A DNA stretch of 64,000 nucleotides, taken from positions 4,818-68,817 of IMG/VR virus record IMGVR_UViG_3300033146_002435. One strand, 5' to 3'. Position 1 is the stretch's first letter. Every line of letters starts with the position of its first letter. The notes beneath the pieces are model-generated. The model saw only the letters and a program-made list of their open reading frames with translations. It did not search any database and was not told the origin of the DNA. Below are positions 9,527 through 19,859 of the stretch, in pieces. The position numbers and the translations under genes were made by a program. The DNA comes from a virus.

Positions 9527-11204
9527 TGTCTGCCTCCTTATACAAAAGTTCATTCAATTTCTTTTTCATTTCGTCACTCAACTTAGGTGTTCTTCTCTTT
9601 AACCCAACAGCTTGCAACATACTAACAGCATCTTTAGAATTCACAATCTTTTTTGTCTGAAGTGCTGTATTCTCAAGTAAATTGTTAAAGAATTTTATTT
9701 TACCTGAAACCCTGTTGTAAACAAGGTAATCAATCGTATCCTCTGCGGTAAACACAATGTAACTTATCCTATTCTTCTGCCCCGCTCTATCAACTCTACC
9801 ACGGCCCTGAATAAATTTATCGGACTCCCAACCCAATTCGTAATCAATATGAACACTGGCTGCCTGTAAGTTCACACCTTCGGCCATTGATTTACGGCTA
9901 CCAAGGAATATTTGAATGTCCGGGTCATCCGTAAATTTTTGAATCGCAAGTTTGCGAGATTTTTGGGAGTCTCCCCCACGAATTCCTTCTACCCGGAATC
10001 CTTTGGCTTCTAGTTCTCGCTTAACCCTTTCCCATGTTCCCCTGAATTCAGTGAGAATGAGAACTTTTTCTCCGGGGCAACCTGGCTGAATTCCATACTC
10101 CTCAAGGGTGTTGAAAAGAAGTTTTATTTTATTCTTCGATTCAGGGAACCCGAGGAGGCCGGGGTCGGTGGCAAGCTGTCTCTCCCGCATCATGCGGGTA
10201 TTGCTGTCCTTCACCTCTACTTTAACGTCATCCCTCTCAACGTAAAGATTGTTTACAAAGTACCAATACAAAGCACTCTGGAGCTTATCAAGCTCAAAGG
10301 TTTTTATGGCTGTGTGAGGCTCTTTGCGATCCTTAAAGACGTTCGATCTTTTGTGTACAATCCCTTTTTTACGGACGAGTTTTTCAATCCTGCCTGCATC
10401 TTTGAAATCAACAAGACGGTATCCACGGGGATCTCTGCTGTCATCATACATTCGGAAGTGGTGTTTCACAAATTCAATGTGACCATGTGGGTATGCTAAA
10501 TTGTCACCTGTTTTCGGATTCTCGTAGCATACATTGAGGTAAGGCCAGGCTTGCTCCATGTTATTTGAAAATGGTGTGGCTGTGATAAATAAGACAAATT
10601 TGTAGTCAGTATCATTGTTTGGGAACATGATGCTGTTGATAAACAATCGATTTCTCATGCTGCTATGCCCGGAAATGTATTGAGCTTCATCGGCAACAAT
10701 GTAGTAAGGATCGAATGTCTGTTCAATCCAACCTATGTCCATTGATGCATCCTTGGAGAGAAGACCCCACGAGGTGAGAAGTATCACAGGTCGCCCGGTG
10801 TCATTTATTTTTTGAACTCTCTTCTGAATCATTCTTCTATGTGACGGTGTCCCTTCGTAGCTGACAATCTCAGCGGGCATCTTTTCAAATTTTGACAAGG
10901 TGTCAAGTATCCACCCGATCCTTGCGGAGGGAGGTGTATAGATAATCGCATTTCTTATACGTTCATTGGGCCCGAAGTAAACTTTTGCACTTTTTCTTTT
11001 CAGAGTGACCCGGTTATGCATCCAGTTAAAAAGATTACACAGAGCAGGCAGTGATTTTCCGGTTCCCGCATCACTGAAATCCATGTGTCTAGGTTTTTTC
11101 TTTCGGTCTAAATAGGTTGCAACCTGCCAAGGGTACAGCTCAAAGCCTTCCTTCAGTTCCCAACCTGTATCCCATTTTTTATATCTCATTTTATTATCTT
11201 TCAT
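9495..11204 (-). CDS. SNF2-like superfamily 2 helicase
   Basis: DAGTGKS, VADEAQ, TATP, EGVNLQ, QGRGRVDRAGQ. Confidence 0.92.
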   Translation of the reverse strand: MKDNKMRYKKWDTGWELKEGFELYPWQVATYLDRKKKPRHMDFSDAGTGKSLPALCNLFNWMHNRVTLKRKSAKVYFGPNERIRNAIIYTPPSARIGWILDTLSKFEKMPAEIVSYEGTPSHRRMIQKRVQKINDTGRPVILLTSWGLLSKDASMDIGWIEQTFDPYYIVADEAQYISGHSSMRNRLFINSIMFPNNDTDYKFVLFITATPFSNNMEQAWPYLNVCYENPKTGDNLAYPHGHIEFVKHHFRMYDDSRDPRGYRLVDFKDAGRIEKLVRKKGIVHKRSNVFKDRKEPHTAIKTFELDKLQSALYWYFVNNLYVERDDVKVEVKDSNTRMMRERQLATDPGLLGFPESKNKIKLLFNTLEEYGIQPGCPGEKVLILTEFRGTWERVKRELEAKGFRVEGIRGGDSQKSRKLAIQKFTDDPDIQIFLGSRKSMAEGVNLQAASVHIDYELGWESDKFIQGRGRVDRAGQKNRISYIVFTAEDTIDYLVYNRVSGKIKFFNNLLENTALQTKKIVNSKDAVSMLQAVGLKRRTPKLSDEMKKKLNELLYKEADSEKEKDNEEM

Positions 11205-14200
11205 TTTTTCCTGTCCCTCTCTATCTCAAACAAGGCATCTTCTGATCCGGGGATTCCTTTCAGTTGGAATCCTGCGTCGAGCATTTTCGTAACACTTAGC
11301 CTGACAAACTGCCCACGCTCAAGTCTCCCACCTTCCTCGGGCTGTTCGAATGGTGAGAAATCGTTTCCATCAGGATATTTCACGAGTATCCGGGCAACCT
11401 TTGCTCCAATTCGGAAGTCAGCATCCGACATGATAATTCCAGAGCCTGTCCCTGACTGACGTGAATATGATCCTAGTTTACTGATTGCGTCCTTCACTTT
11501 CAAGACAAAATAATAATCAGTGGGTAGCCCCTCAGCCTTTTTAAAGAAGTATTCTGATCCATTCGCCAGTTTTTCTCTCTCGGATCGTATTGAAGTAAGG
11601 TCAAGAATCTCACCCATGAATACGTTCCAGTCGGAGCGACCGCCTTTTCCGTCGGAGCTTATCAGTTCCGCAAGTTCCTTCATACCAAAGTCTTCACCCT
11701 CATCCATGTGTTTACTCGCATCCGGGCCTTCATCCATGTAGGCATAAGCGGCAGCACACACTTTCGAGGCTTTCGGGAAGTTCCATGCTCTATCCGAAAA
11801 CAAACTGGCGATCACCATATTCCCAAAAATAATCTTGGAAAGCCCTTCTTGCCTACGGGGCCCTCCTGTTGGAAATAGTTTAACTGCAAGTTTATTTGCT
11901 TTATCGAGAGCTTTGATAAGCCTCTCATCGGTGATCCCGAGTACCATTTTAGCGATTGTGGCTCCGATTCTCTGGAGGATAGGTTTTCCGGACTTGAACT
12001 TATAAAATCTTTTGAAGTTTGCAGTGTACTGTTGACTCATTCTCTCATCAGCATAAACCATAATTGATCTCTGATAGGATGCCTGGTCAAGTGAATTTAA
12101 TCCCAACTTCGGAGTATTGATCTTGAATGTGGAGCTTATTGTATTCGTCTCCATGCCCAGACTGGCCGTACCTCGTGTGAAGACACTTCGGTCATACGAA
12201 AGCCTACATAGGGTATCCATGTCCTTCCTCGTGAATTTTACAGATCCATTAGAATCCTTTGAAAACTCATCTTTAAACTCATCAAGGAATATGGGGCATC
12301 CATTGCTCGCTTTACTAATGTGCATGAACAGGGAGAAGCATGAGAGTGCAAACAGCTTTATGTTCACTAGAGAGCTGTCGTTTTTTGGAAGTGACTCTGT
12401 TCCGTACCCGGATATAGGAATCAAAACCTCGTTATCGAGCGTCGTTTTACCCGTTTGTGCCTTACCAATGTGGAAAAGCAGGGGGAATGTGTGAACATTC
12501 GGGTTTGGCGTTTTGGATTTTAAATCAAAAAAACGAGGACGGAAGAAAGAAGCAACAAGCCAACCCATTGTGAGATACATAATGTGCGGTGAATTGATGA
12601 CTTGAATCAATTGTAATGCATGAATGGCTTCACGCATGTCCTCACGTTTACTTTTGTCATAGGGTTCGTAGGCTGTTAAGTGTTGTTTAAAGTAAGAATC
12701 ATCGGAACCCTCAGAATAGGGTTGGTCACACATGGCGTTCCCCGTCTGAACCCAATTTTTATCTCGGCCGCCTTCATTATCAGCCCACACCCATTCACCT
12801 TTAAACTTGAATGCTCCGTGGGTGGCTCCGGTGCTTAGATAATGCGGTAAATTTTTCATACGATTTCCTACTATAAGCCTAATTCCTTGCAGGGCTTTTT
12901 TTGATAGTGCGAATGGCGACCAAATATTCCCGCCAATCCCGTTTACTTTTTGAACGTGTTTTGTCAGTGCTTCCTCAGAAGTGAACTCAAGAAAGTCAAG
13001 ACTGAGTTGCGGGGATTTCGTGTGGTCTGTGTACCTTATTTCACAATTAAATTGCTGATTCGGGACTCCGTCCTGGGATATGCCAACAGCCGTAGGTATA
13101 AAAATACCATTTGACTTCGCATCAAGTACCCATTCGCCCGTTGCTTTATCTAAAATACCCGTCTGGTACGCATTTTCCCACTCAATTACACCGCCCGTGG
13201 CCTGATTCGCAGTCCAATCGGGATTCTTATTCAACGGGCACGTTGCACAATAAGTTACGTCAACAAGATTCCTTGCTGCTCCGCAGGAAAATCTATACCC
13301 GCCCTCGGACACCTGATCGAAGTTACTTTTAAAGTGAGCCCACCGAATAGCCTCCGCGGGGTATGACTGGGACTGTATCGCTTTAATCCATGATTCTACA
13401 TGTCTTTCAACCTGAGAATATGGATGGCCCATGTTCACAAAATACGTGCAGAGGATAAAAGACATGTGGTGGAAGTTTGCGGATTTCGAAACAGCCGGGT
13501 GGTTATTCAGGATTTTGGAAATACAATCCGATTCGTTAAAGGACGCAGGGAGCAATTCTTTAAAATCTCTGTGCGTGAGTCCTACGGATCGCCTGACTTT
13601 ATCGGCACTGTATGACTCCTTAAACAATTTGGAAAGCATCGTATTGGTTTGAACACCATTGATCCTCGGAGCCTCCATTCTCGGGGACATAGCCATTTGT
13701 GCGTGCTTACTACTGTCTAAGTTACACAGCTCATCGTAAGACAAAGGAATCTTGTGCTTCCCATTAGACCGTTGAATGTTGGGTCGTCGCCACAATCGGC
13801 CCCATCCGGAGCTGTAAATGGACATATCGACGTACCCGGAGAACCCCATCTTCGTGACTACATTCTTATAAATGTAGGGAAGACCCAGGTAGAATTGACT
13901 GCGATCCATTCCGAATAAAGCCTGATCCATCTCAATGTGGTAGCCTTTGCTTCCCGAGTAGTAGATCCTGATACCGTGCCCGGAAGGATCAAGACCAGCT
14001 TTCGTAACGAGATTGGAGAGTACCCTAACCGCAACTTCCCGAACCTCTTCAACACTGTTCAAACCCTTCTTTTTATTCGTGTCCAGATCGATCATGAACG
14101 CCCCACGGTATCTGTGGGGCACTCCTTTTTTCGGTAGACCTTCGACCCCATCAACTTCGATAGGATCGATCTCTAGGGCCGTCTTGAACATATATTCAGG

Positions 14201-14275
14201 TGTTAAATCAGCTTCGTTGTGAAAGGGCTCCCATGTACCGGGTTTCCCGTCGTAATCTTTTGATGCAAAGAACAT
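11201..14275 (-). CDS. AEP-type primase(-polymerase) fused to a P-loop helicase
   Basis: N-terminal IDLD and SGSKGYH AEP motifs; Cys cluster FSC..YCATC; Walker A GKAQTGKT and Walker B FLDEF. Confidence 0.85.
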   Translation of the reverse strand: MFFASKDYDGKPGTWEPFHNEADLTPEYMFKTALEIDPIEVDGVEGLPKKGVPHRYRGAFMIDLDTNKKKGLNSVEEVREVAVRVLSNLVTKAGLDPSGHGIRIYYSGSKGYHIEMDQALFGMDRSQFYLGLPYIYKNVVTKMGFSGYVDMSIYSSGWGRLWRRPNIQRSNGKHKIPLSYDELCNLDSSKHAQMAMSPRMEAPRINGVQTNTMLSKLFKESYSADKVRRSVGLTHRDFKELLPASFNESDCISKILNNHPAVSKSANFHHMSFILCTYFVNMGHPYSQVERHVESWIKAIQSQSYPAEAIRWAHFKSNFDQVSEGGYRFSCGAARNLVDVTYCATCPLNKNPDWTANQATGGVIEWENAYQTGILDKATGEWVLDAKSNGIFIPTAVGISQDGVPNQQFNCEIRYTDHTKSPQLSLDFLEFTSEEALTKHVQKVNGIGGNIWSPFALSKKALQGIRLIVGNRMKNLPHYLSTGATHGAFKFKGEWVWADNEGGRDKNWVQTGNAMCDQPYSEGSDDSYFKQHLTAYEPYDKSKREDMREAIHALQLIQVINSPHIMYLTMGWLVASFFRPRFFDLKSKTPNPNVHTFPLLFHIGKAQTGKTTLDNEVLIPISGYGTESLPKNDSSLVNIKLFALSCFSLFMHISKASNGCPIFLDEFKDEFSKDSNGSVKFTRKDMDTLCRLSYDRSVFTRGTASLGMETNTISSTFKINTPKLGLNSLDQASYQRSIMVYADERMSQQYTANFKRFYKFKSGKPILQRIGATIAKMVLGITDERLIKALDKANKLAVKLFPTGGPRRQEGLSKIIFGNMVIASLFSDRAWNFPKASKVCAAAYAYMDEGPDASKHMDEGEDFGMKELAELISSDGKGGRSDWNVFMGEILDLTSIRSEREKLANGSEYFFKKAEGLPTDYYFVLKVKDAISKLGSYSRQSGTGSGIIMSDADFRIGAKVARILVKYPDGNDFSPFEQPEEGGRLERGQFVRLSVTKMLDAGFQLKGIPGSEDALFEIERDRKK

Positions 14276-14323
14276 GGTAAAAAACCGCCTTTATATTTTA
14301 TATGATTGGAAAGGTGAAACGGT

Positions 14324-15361
14324 TTAAATTTCGAAACTGAAGTCGTCGTCGCTTAACTCATCGAACTTTTCTACGTCGTCTTCTTTTGCTACTTTCTTTT
14401 TACTGGCAGATGGGCCTCCGCCACCCTCTAAAAAGGCTTCAAAGTCGGCATCATCATCGTCGAATTCGTCGTCAAGACTGTCCATGTTGCTTTTCACATC
14501 ATCGGGAATAGGCACTTCGTCAAAGCCATTTTGCCCTGCTTCCTCTCTGAGTTCTTTTGCAGTCTTATCTTTTTCGGATGCTTGATTGATATATCGAGCG
14601 TGTGCCTCTTTTTTCTTGAGCCAGGCATTGTATTCATCCACGGTCATGTCACGGGGTTGTTTGTCTGTCTGCCACGCTTCCCACAACGCCTGTTCTTTAG
14701 GATCTACCTCTGTCTGCTCTGTGGGCATGGTGTAATGGCCTACTCCAGGCCCCTTGGGTTCCTCGTCTTCACCCTCGAAACCCTCGAAGTCTTCGTCTGC
14801 ATCAGGCTCTGGGGGGAGGTTCATGTTGCTTTGCGATGCCTCTTCTTCGGCTTTTTTCCGGGCAGCCTCTTCTTCAGCTTTCTGCTTTTTGACAAGCTCT
14901 CTGGCCTTTTTCCGGGCATCCGCACGTTCTTTTTTCTTTTTCGCCTTGGCTTCCGCTTCTGCTTTTGCTTCTGCTTCTGCCTTTGTTTCGGCTTTTAGTT
15001 GGGCAGCTTTTGCTTCTGCTTCTGCTTTTGCTTCTGCCTTTGTTTCGGCTTTTAGTTGGGCAGCTTTTGCTTCTGCTTCTGCCTTGGCTTTGGCCTTCTC
15101 CGCTGTGCGGGAGGCTAATTTGCTTTTAAGCTCTTTTGCTGCCTTCTCTCCCAACTCAGGTTTATCGTACCCATTTTCAAACAACTTCATTACAGAAGGT
15201 GTTCCAAGAACTTCCTGCCCTTTCTCAACGTAAATAGGCTGTGGCTCACCGTTCACCTTCACCTGGCCATCGGCTTGGATCTCCATAGCCCACACACCAC
15301 CGGAGAATAAAATCTGTGCAATTTCTTCTGGTTTCCCTATGATTGTTTTTAAATATCTCAT
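14324..15361 (-). CDS. low-complexity protein (Ala/Lys/Glu repeats, acidic C-terminus)
   Basis: ATG 15361 with GAGGG RBS; 57-bp internal duplication encoding AKAEAEAKAAQLKAETKAE; ends FDELSDDDFSFEI. Confidence 0.7.
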   Translation of the reverse strand: MRYLKTIIGKPEEIAQILFSGGVWAMEIQADGQVKVNGEPQPIYVEKGQEVLGTPSVMKLFENGYDKPELGEKAAKELKSKLASRTAEKAKAKAEAEAKAAQLKAETKAEAKAEAEAKAAQLKAETKAEAEAKAEAEAKAKKKKERADARKKARELVKKQKAEEEAARKKAEEEASQSNMNLPPEPDADEDFEGFEGEDEEPKGPGVGHYTMPTEQTEVDPKEQALWEAWQTDKQPRDMTVDEYNAWLKKKEAHARYINQASEKDKTAKELREEAGQNGFDEVPIPDDVKSNMDSLDDEFDDDDADFEAFLEGGGGPSASKKKVAKEDDVEKFDELSDDDFSFEI

Positions 15362-15368
15362 GATTCCC

Positions 15369-15809
15369 TCACTTCTGTATAATCTGGACTGATTTATGCC
15401 CGGCTGTGTCAAGTCCGCAGAGGACTTCACTTGTTATTGAATTAGCGTACTGTGACGTTCCATCGATCACCTCGACGAACCAATCGGTCAACTCGCCTTT
15501 ACGCTTTGTTATATCCACCGTGTAGTACGGTCTTGAGTTCGGGTGAACTCTTCGGATCATCAAGATCATGCAAGCACCCGTAAACGCTCCAGACTCACAG
15601 GTCTGGACGGTTCCATCGGGTAACTCGTCGTAAAATCTAAATACAATTTGAGGTGTAAGTCTGCCCGCTGCCTTTGGAAAATACGTCCCTGCGTATTTCT
15701 TTGGGTATTTCTTCGCTTCCTTGTGTCGGGATAACTCCCACAAGGTTTCTTTCGTAATGTTTGCGATCCCTTCAAAAATTTTCATTCTGTTAAACATGGT
15801 GTACCTCAT
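15369..15809 (-). CDS. hypothetical protein
   Basis: 146-aa ORF in operon context. Confidence 0.65.
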   Translation of the reverse strand: MRYTMFNRMKIFEGIANITKETLWELSRHKEAKKYPKKYAGTYFPKAAGRLTPQIVFRFYDELPDGTVQTCESGAFTGACMILMIRRVHPNSRPYYTVDITKRKGELTDWFVEVIDGTSQYANSITSEVLCGLDTAGHKSVQIIQK

Positions 15810-16023
15810 TTTTTATGTAGCTTACTTGAAAAACCCGGCTGACTCTTCAAGGGAAGAGAGCCTTTAGAAATAACGTCCCCGTAAAACGCTCGCCAACAAT
15901 GATAACAATGATTAGAGCTTTTTGTTTTATGGTGAACTCGGCATGTTTGCGAGCCGGGTTCCCCGTTACGTTATTATTTTTGTGAATGAACACCCTTGTC
16001 CATCAGTCGGGTCTATCAGTGTA

Positions 16024-16611
16024 TCACAAATTAGATAATTCGTGATTTATTTTTGTGAGATTAACGACAACAGCCTGCTTTCTACCAAACCGTTTTGCTA
16101 ACCAAGTATTTTGGAAAAGTAGATCCACGTTGGACTTATACCGCTTATTCATTTGATCGTTTACAACCCGGAAAAAAACTTTTCCGTCCGGGGTTCTTAT
16201 AAGAAGATGATCGCCTCGGGAGAACTCCCCTGATGCGATCATGTTCTGCGACACAGCCACCTGGCCATACACCGTAGGCCCAAAGGAAGACCATGAAGGA
16301 TCTAGGTCGGTTTCGCAGGGCCGAAGGCTATAAGCGGAAACCTCAAGCCTTCTGGTGTACTTCTGATAGGCTGAGGCCACTGCGGAACGCTCTTTCTCCA
16401 GTTTCAGTGTGAGTTTTTTATTTTCGATCTGGAGCCTTCCGTTCTCCGCAATCAACTTGGATTCGTTTGAAATAATACTGAGAGCCTGCTTTCTTAAAAC
16501 GTAGGTCGCTGTGGCGTAACCCAAGGTAAAGATAAACAGAATCAGAGGCAGGAAAAAAATGGAGGCCATCAGGCCGGGGGTCAATTTTGGAAATAAATTC
16601 TTATTTTTCAT
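16024..16611 (-). CDS. membrane-anchored 3D-domain (MltA-like) cell wall-modifying protein
   Basis: N-terminal hydrophobic helix and coiled coil, then VSAYS..., VAVS..., VVND..., VDLL..., A.RFGRK pattern of 3D domains. Confidence 0.7.
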   Translation of the reverse strand: MKNKNLFPKLTPGLMASIFFLPLILFIFTLGYATATYVLRKQALSIISNESKLIAENGRLQIENKKLTLKLEKERSAVASAYQKYTRRLEVSAYSLRPCETDLDPSWSSFGPTVYGQVAVSQNMIASGEFSRGDHLLIRTPDGKVFFRVVNDQMNKRYKSNVDLLFQNTWLAKRFGRKQAVVVNLTKINHELSNL

Positions 16612-16622
16612 TTTGGTGTTCC

Positions 16623-16871
16623 TTATTCGTTGAACTCTTCTAGTTCTTCAGCCGTTGCAAGTGATATGTAAATGGGTGTAAACTCACCCACATAGGCACA
16701 ATCTATGTTATGGTAAAAATACTCAACAGCATCCTCTCTACTCATGTCAGCACTTAACTTTTCAATTATGGCGTTCAAGTCGTAAACGAGAATGCTTTTT
16801 GAGGACACACCGATGATGCAGTCATCAAACCCATCGGCTTTTAACGTGGCATCATCCAGTGAAAAAGTCAT
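16623..16871 (-). CDS. conserved phage hypothetical protein
   Basis: ADGFDDCIIG...VYD...MSREDAVEYF..NI..AYVGE.TPI pattern, recalled as common in phage genomes. Confidence 0.75.
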   Translation of the reverse strand: MTFSLDDATLKADGFDDCIIGVSSKSILVYDLNAIIEKLSADMSREDAVEYFYHNIDCAYVGEFTPIYISLATAEELEEFNE

Positions 16872-17287
16872 GACTGTTTACCAAACTCGGGAGTAACCAC
16901 GTTATCCTCGGGAGCTTCCTCGGAAATTTTTTCTTCCGGGGGTTCCTCTCCGGGAGCCTCGTTTGACTCCTCTTCTTCAATTGATTCTATGTTTTTCTTG
17001 ATGTCGTTTTGGATTTTTAATTGAGTTTCATCACTCAGTAAAATGTCGATGTCATTGGCCATTTGATAAGAAGGTGTTCCTGTTTTTGTCTGAAATAGTA
17101 TAAAAGGTATTGCCCAAGCCTTCGCATCATCCCCCTTATCCATCTCCCGCAGAGGCATGAGATTCAGTATGAGCATCTTTGGGAATGGCCTTCTCACTCG
17201 CATTCTGTGCTTAAACCCGTACATGTAGAAGTCAACTGCTCTACTTTCTTTGGTTTGTTTTCTCTGTTTTCTCTGTTTTCCTTTCAT
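16868..17287 (-). CDS. hypothetical protein
   Basis: GGAGG RBS, own promoter; basic N-terminus, acidic C-terminus. Confidence 0.7.
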   Translation of the reverse strand: MKGKQRKQRKQTKESRAVDFYMYGFKHRMRVRRPFPKMLILNLMPLREMDKGDDAKAWAIPFILFQTKTGTPSYQMANDIDILLSDETQLKIQNDIKKNIESIEEEESNEAPGEEPPEEKISEEAPEDNVVTPEFGKQS

Positions 17288-17308
17288 TTTATCCCTCCTG
17301 AGATTGCT

Positions 17309-17337
17309 ATTATGGACACTTCCGTGTTCCTTGTCAA
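17309..17337 (-). promoter_or_regulatory. sigma70-type promoter with a degenerate operator copy
   Basis: TTGACA-17 nt-CATAAT; GACACT-N9-CTTGTC at 17315-17335. Confidence 0.65.
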
Positions 17338-17343
17338 GTGCAT

Positions 17344-18030
17344 TTATAGTAAAGAATTCCGGGCCTTCACACGGGCTGCCTCTGCTTCAATGGCATCTAC
17401 GTGCTTTTTAGCTTCGAGAGATACCGGATAATCCTGATAGATTACATCCAGACTGAATGCATTATCATCGGTCAATTCAATGGTGATATAAAGGTCGTAG
17501 GGTTTCATGTCCCATTGCCTCTTGAAGGCCACCATCCCGCTCGTTAATGCTGTGTACATGTCGGAGTCCCTGAATGTGTCATATTTCCATTTCAAGGTGT
17601 CCTCGTGCGTTCCATATTTTGCATCCATGATACATGTGAGTTCGTCAAGGACTACAAGCTGATCTGCAAATGTACTTTTGCGAGGTGAAAGAATTGTGCC
17701 CCGGTATAATTCCCCTTTGAAAAAGGAGTAAAGGACTATGGCATCCTTCCAGATTGCCAGGTCACATTGTGAATAGGCCAAAGTGTGTGTTAAATCGTAC
17801 CCATCATTTCTGTCTGTGTTATCAATCAACAGACTGAAGGATTCCGGGATGTTTCTCTTTACCTCCTCGGGAGAATCCCCGAAGGTGGACGTTAAGAACG
17901 TGCTTTCACCTAAGTCATCCGCTCGTCTTACTTGGTACTGCTTATATGCAGCACTTACTATTGTAATGACGACAGCGATGAAAAAAATAAAAACAAAACC
18001 GATAATAGCGTTTCGGATATAGCGGATCAT
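17344..18030 (-). CDS. membrane-anchored hypothetical protein
   Basis: N-terminal TM segment AIIGFVFIFFIAVVITIVSAAY; GGAG RBS. Confidence 0.7.
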   Translation of the reverse strand: MIRYIRNAIIGFVFIFFIAVVITIVSAAYKQYQVRRADDLGESTFLTSTFGDSPEEVKRNIPESFSLLIDNTDRNDGYDLTHTLAYSQCDLAIWKDAIVLYSFFKGELYRGTILSPRKSTFADQLVVLDELTCIMDAKYGTHEDTLKWKYDTFRDSDMYTALTSGMVAFKRQWDMKPYDLYITIELTDDNAFSLDVIYQDYPVSLEAKKHVDAIEAEAARVKARNSLL

Positions 18031-18233
18031 GACTCCACCTTCTCAATTCGGATTTTAAATTCACTTTTCAAAAATCGGATTACCGGCATCACGTCGTGTA
18101 CCTGAAAGAATTCACCGTTCTTCATGTGAATGCAACCCGCAGATTTTTGGTCTTCAGGAAGAGCCTTCTCAATGCTCGAAATGTCATTTACGTTAAGAAT
18201 TAGCCCGTCGGGTAACTGCATAAATTTGTCCAT
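18027..18233 (-). CDS. hypothetical protein
   Basis: 68 aa, GGAG RBS, ATGA coupling to the next gene. Confidence 0.65.
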   Translation of the reverse strand: MDKFMQLPDGLILNVNDISSIEKALPEDQKSAGCIHMKNGEFFQVHDVMPVIRFLKSEFKIRIEKVES

Positions 18234-18315
18234 TTTTTATCTCCATTTTTTATCTTAGTGCTCCGGGTCGCCTGATCTCTTTTGATCCTGTGTCCCGGAG
18301 TAGTTCACGGTTTAT

Positions 18316-18360
18316 TGCGATGCCGATCGGGCAGCTTTTGATTTCCCGATCGGCATCGCA
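18316..18360. other. perfect 16-bp intergenic inverted repeat
   Basis: TGCGATGCCGATCGGG-13 nt-CCCGATCGGCATCGCA; no U-tract in the mRNA orientation, so possibly a processing/stability hairpin. Confidence 0.7.
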
Positions 18361-18369
18361 TCGTCTATA

Positions 18370-19251
18370 CTACTGTTTGACTGCCATAATGACAACTGAA
18401 ATCTTTCCATCCTTGGCTTCTGCCTTAAACTTGTTACCGTCTACCTGCCCGTACTCAATGCCGGAATTGAAATCTTTTATAAGATCAAAGTAATCCTTCC
18501 GCAGGTGAGTCATGTCAGAAAAACCGTAGGATAACCGGGTAAGCATCCTGTCGCCTTTTTTACTAGGGAACGTGTCCACTACGTCATAATCCGGCTTTCC
18601 TTCGGTTAAAAAAGAACCGTCCACAGAAAAAATCTGATTGAATGTGCCCGAAATGTATGCATTGAAATGGTATGTTTTAAAAAGCATGGTCTCCTGATGG
18701 CTGTCATGGGCCAGGTATTGATGCACATTTCCCTCATAGGAGAATAACCCCATACCTTTAATGAGGAGAGGCAAGAAGTCCAGAGGCAGGGTGATGACCG
18801 GAGTATCCGTAAGCTGTTCGCAGAAATCTTTAATACGGACTGCTACGTGTGCGTTACTGTAAAAGAGATCACCTTTAATCAAAAAAATGAAATCTTTTAC
18901 CATACTATTCCCATAAAACTGATCTTGATTCAATCGATTCAGCTTCTTAAAAAGTTTTGTTGCTCTGCTCGTGCTTTTCTCGTTGAACGTGGCAATAACG
19001 TGTGTATCCCCGATAGGTCTCAAGGTGTGGCACATAGTAAACGCAGGATATTTCATGGTTTCGTTTTCCGGTTTTGCGTTTCCTTTTTTCAGATCGGACA
19101 TTCTCCAAACGCCTGCGTAGGGAAGAGAAGGCGAATAGATACGCACATAGTCAGGGTTCTCCGCTTTGTTTCTGGATCGTCCGGTCACTGTGTGCTTCTC
19201 TACCCGCATCACAGTCTGCGGTTTAATTGCCTGCATCATTTTCTTAAACAT
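18370..19251 (-). CDS. hypothetical protein
   Basis: ATG 19251 with AAGGAG RBS (track ORF to 19302). Confidence 0.7.
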   Translation of the reverse strand: MFKKMMQAIKPQTVMRVEKHTVTGRSRNKAENPDYVRIYSPSLPYAGVWRMSDLKKGNAKPENETMKYPAFTMCHTLRPIGDTHVIATFNEKSTSRATKLFKKLNRLNQDQFYGNSMVKDFIFLIKGDLFYSNAHVAVRIKDFCEQLTDTPVITLPLDFLPLLIKGMGLFSYEGNVHQYLAHDSHQETMLFKTYHFNAYISGTFNQIFSVDGSFLTEGKPDYDVVDTFPSKKGDRMLTRLSYGFSDMTHLRKDYFDLIKDFNSGIEYGQVDGNKFKAEAKDGKISVVIMAVKQ

Positions 19252-19471
19252 GACTGTCTCCTTCTGCGTTCTGAATTTTGAGCTCGTGAATGATCCGGCC
19301 AAGATTCTCGTCTTGGTTTAAGTTGAGCTCTTGCATCAGTACCCGGATTTCGTTTAACTGTTGTGCAGCTCGTTGTGTGTTCCTCATGGTGAAGAATACG
19401 AAAAAAGGAAGGGCAATAGTGACTGCCAGGTAGATAAAAAGCATAAATGATCCAAGGTCTTCTAAGGTCAT
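19244..19471 (-). CDS. small membrane protein
   Basis: Single TM helix; AGGAG RBS lies inside the duplicated leader. Confidence 0.7.
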   Translation of the reverse strand: MTLEDLGSFMLFIYLAVTIALPFFVFFTMRNTQRAAQQLNEIRVLMQELNLNQDENLGRIIHELKIQNAEGDSHV

Positions 19472-19553
19472 GATGTGTACTCCTATATTTTATTTCGGGT
19501 TGTGGCTCCTCCTCCCCGGTACTGTTAGTTGCAGCAGGAAGAGGAGGAACCGG
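19469..19553 (-). repeat. duplicated intergenic leader, copy 1 (hairpin + RBS + ATG)
   Basis: Near-identical to 19857-19937. Confidence 0.9.
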
Positions 19554-19562
19554 GTTATCATT

Positions 19563-19859
19563 TCAGAATCTTAGTTTCAGGTTAAGCCTCTGGAGAATGT
19601 CTTGCGTGATTGCTTTGTATTCTCCACTCTTCAGTTTTTTCCGGGTTGCCGCCGTGTTTTCTCCAAGGAATTGCCCCCTGTAATAATCTGTTGTGCGGGA
19701 ATAATGCCATAAGGCAGTGTTTAAATAAACCGTGCCATTATCATTTATTGCGATGAGTTGATCGTATGAATAAAACATGATGGTGGTTCCATTGTCATGC
19801 GTTAATGTGAATTGATTTCTTGCTTCTTTTCCGTATTTTGTGATCATGGCTCTTTTCAT
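19563..19859 (-). CDS. hypothetical early protein
   Basis: FYSYDQLIA...WHYSRTTDYYRGQFL; AGGAG RBS. Confidence 0.75.
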   Translation of the reverse strand: MKRAMITKYGKEARNQFTLTHDNGTTIMFYSYDQLIAINDNGTVYLNTALWHYSRTTDYYRGQFLGENTAATRKKLKSGEYKAITQDILQRLNLKLRF

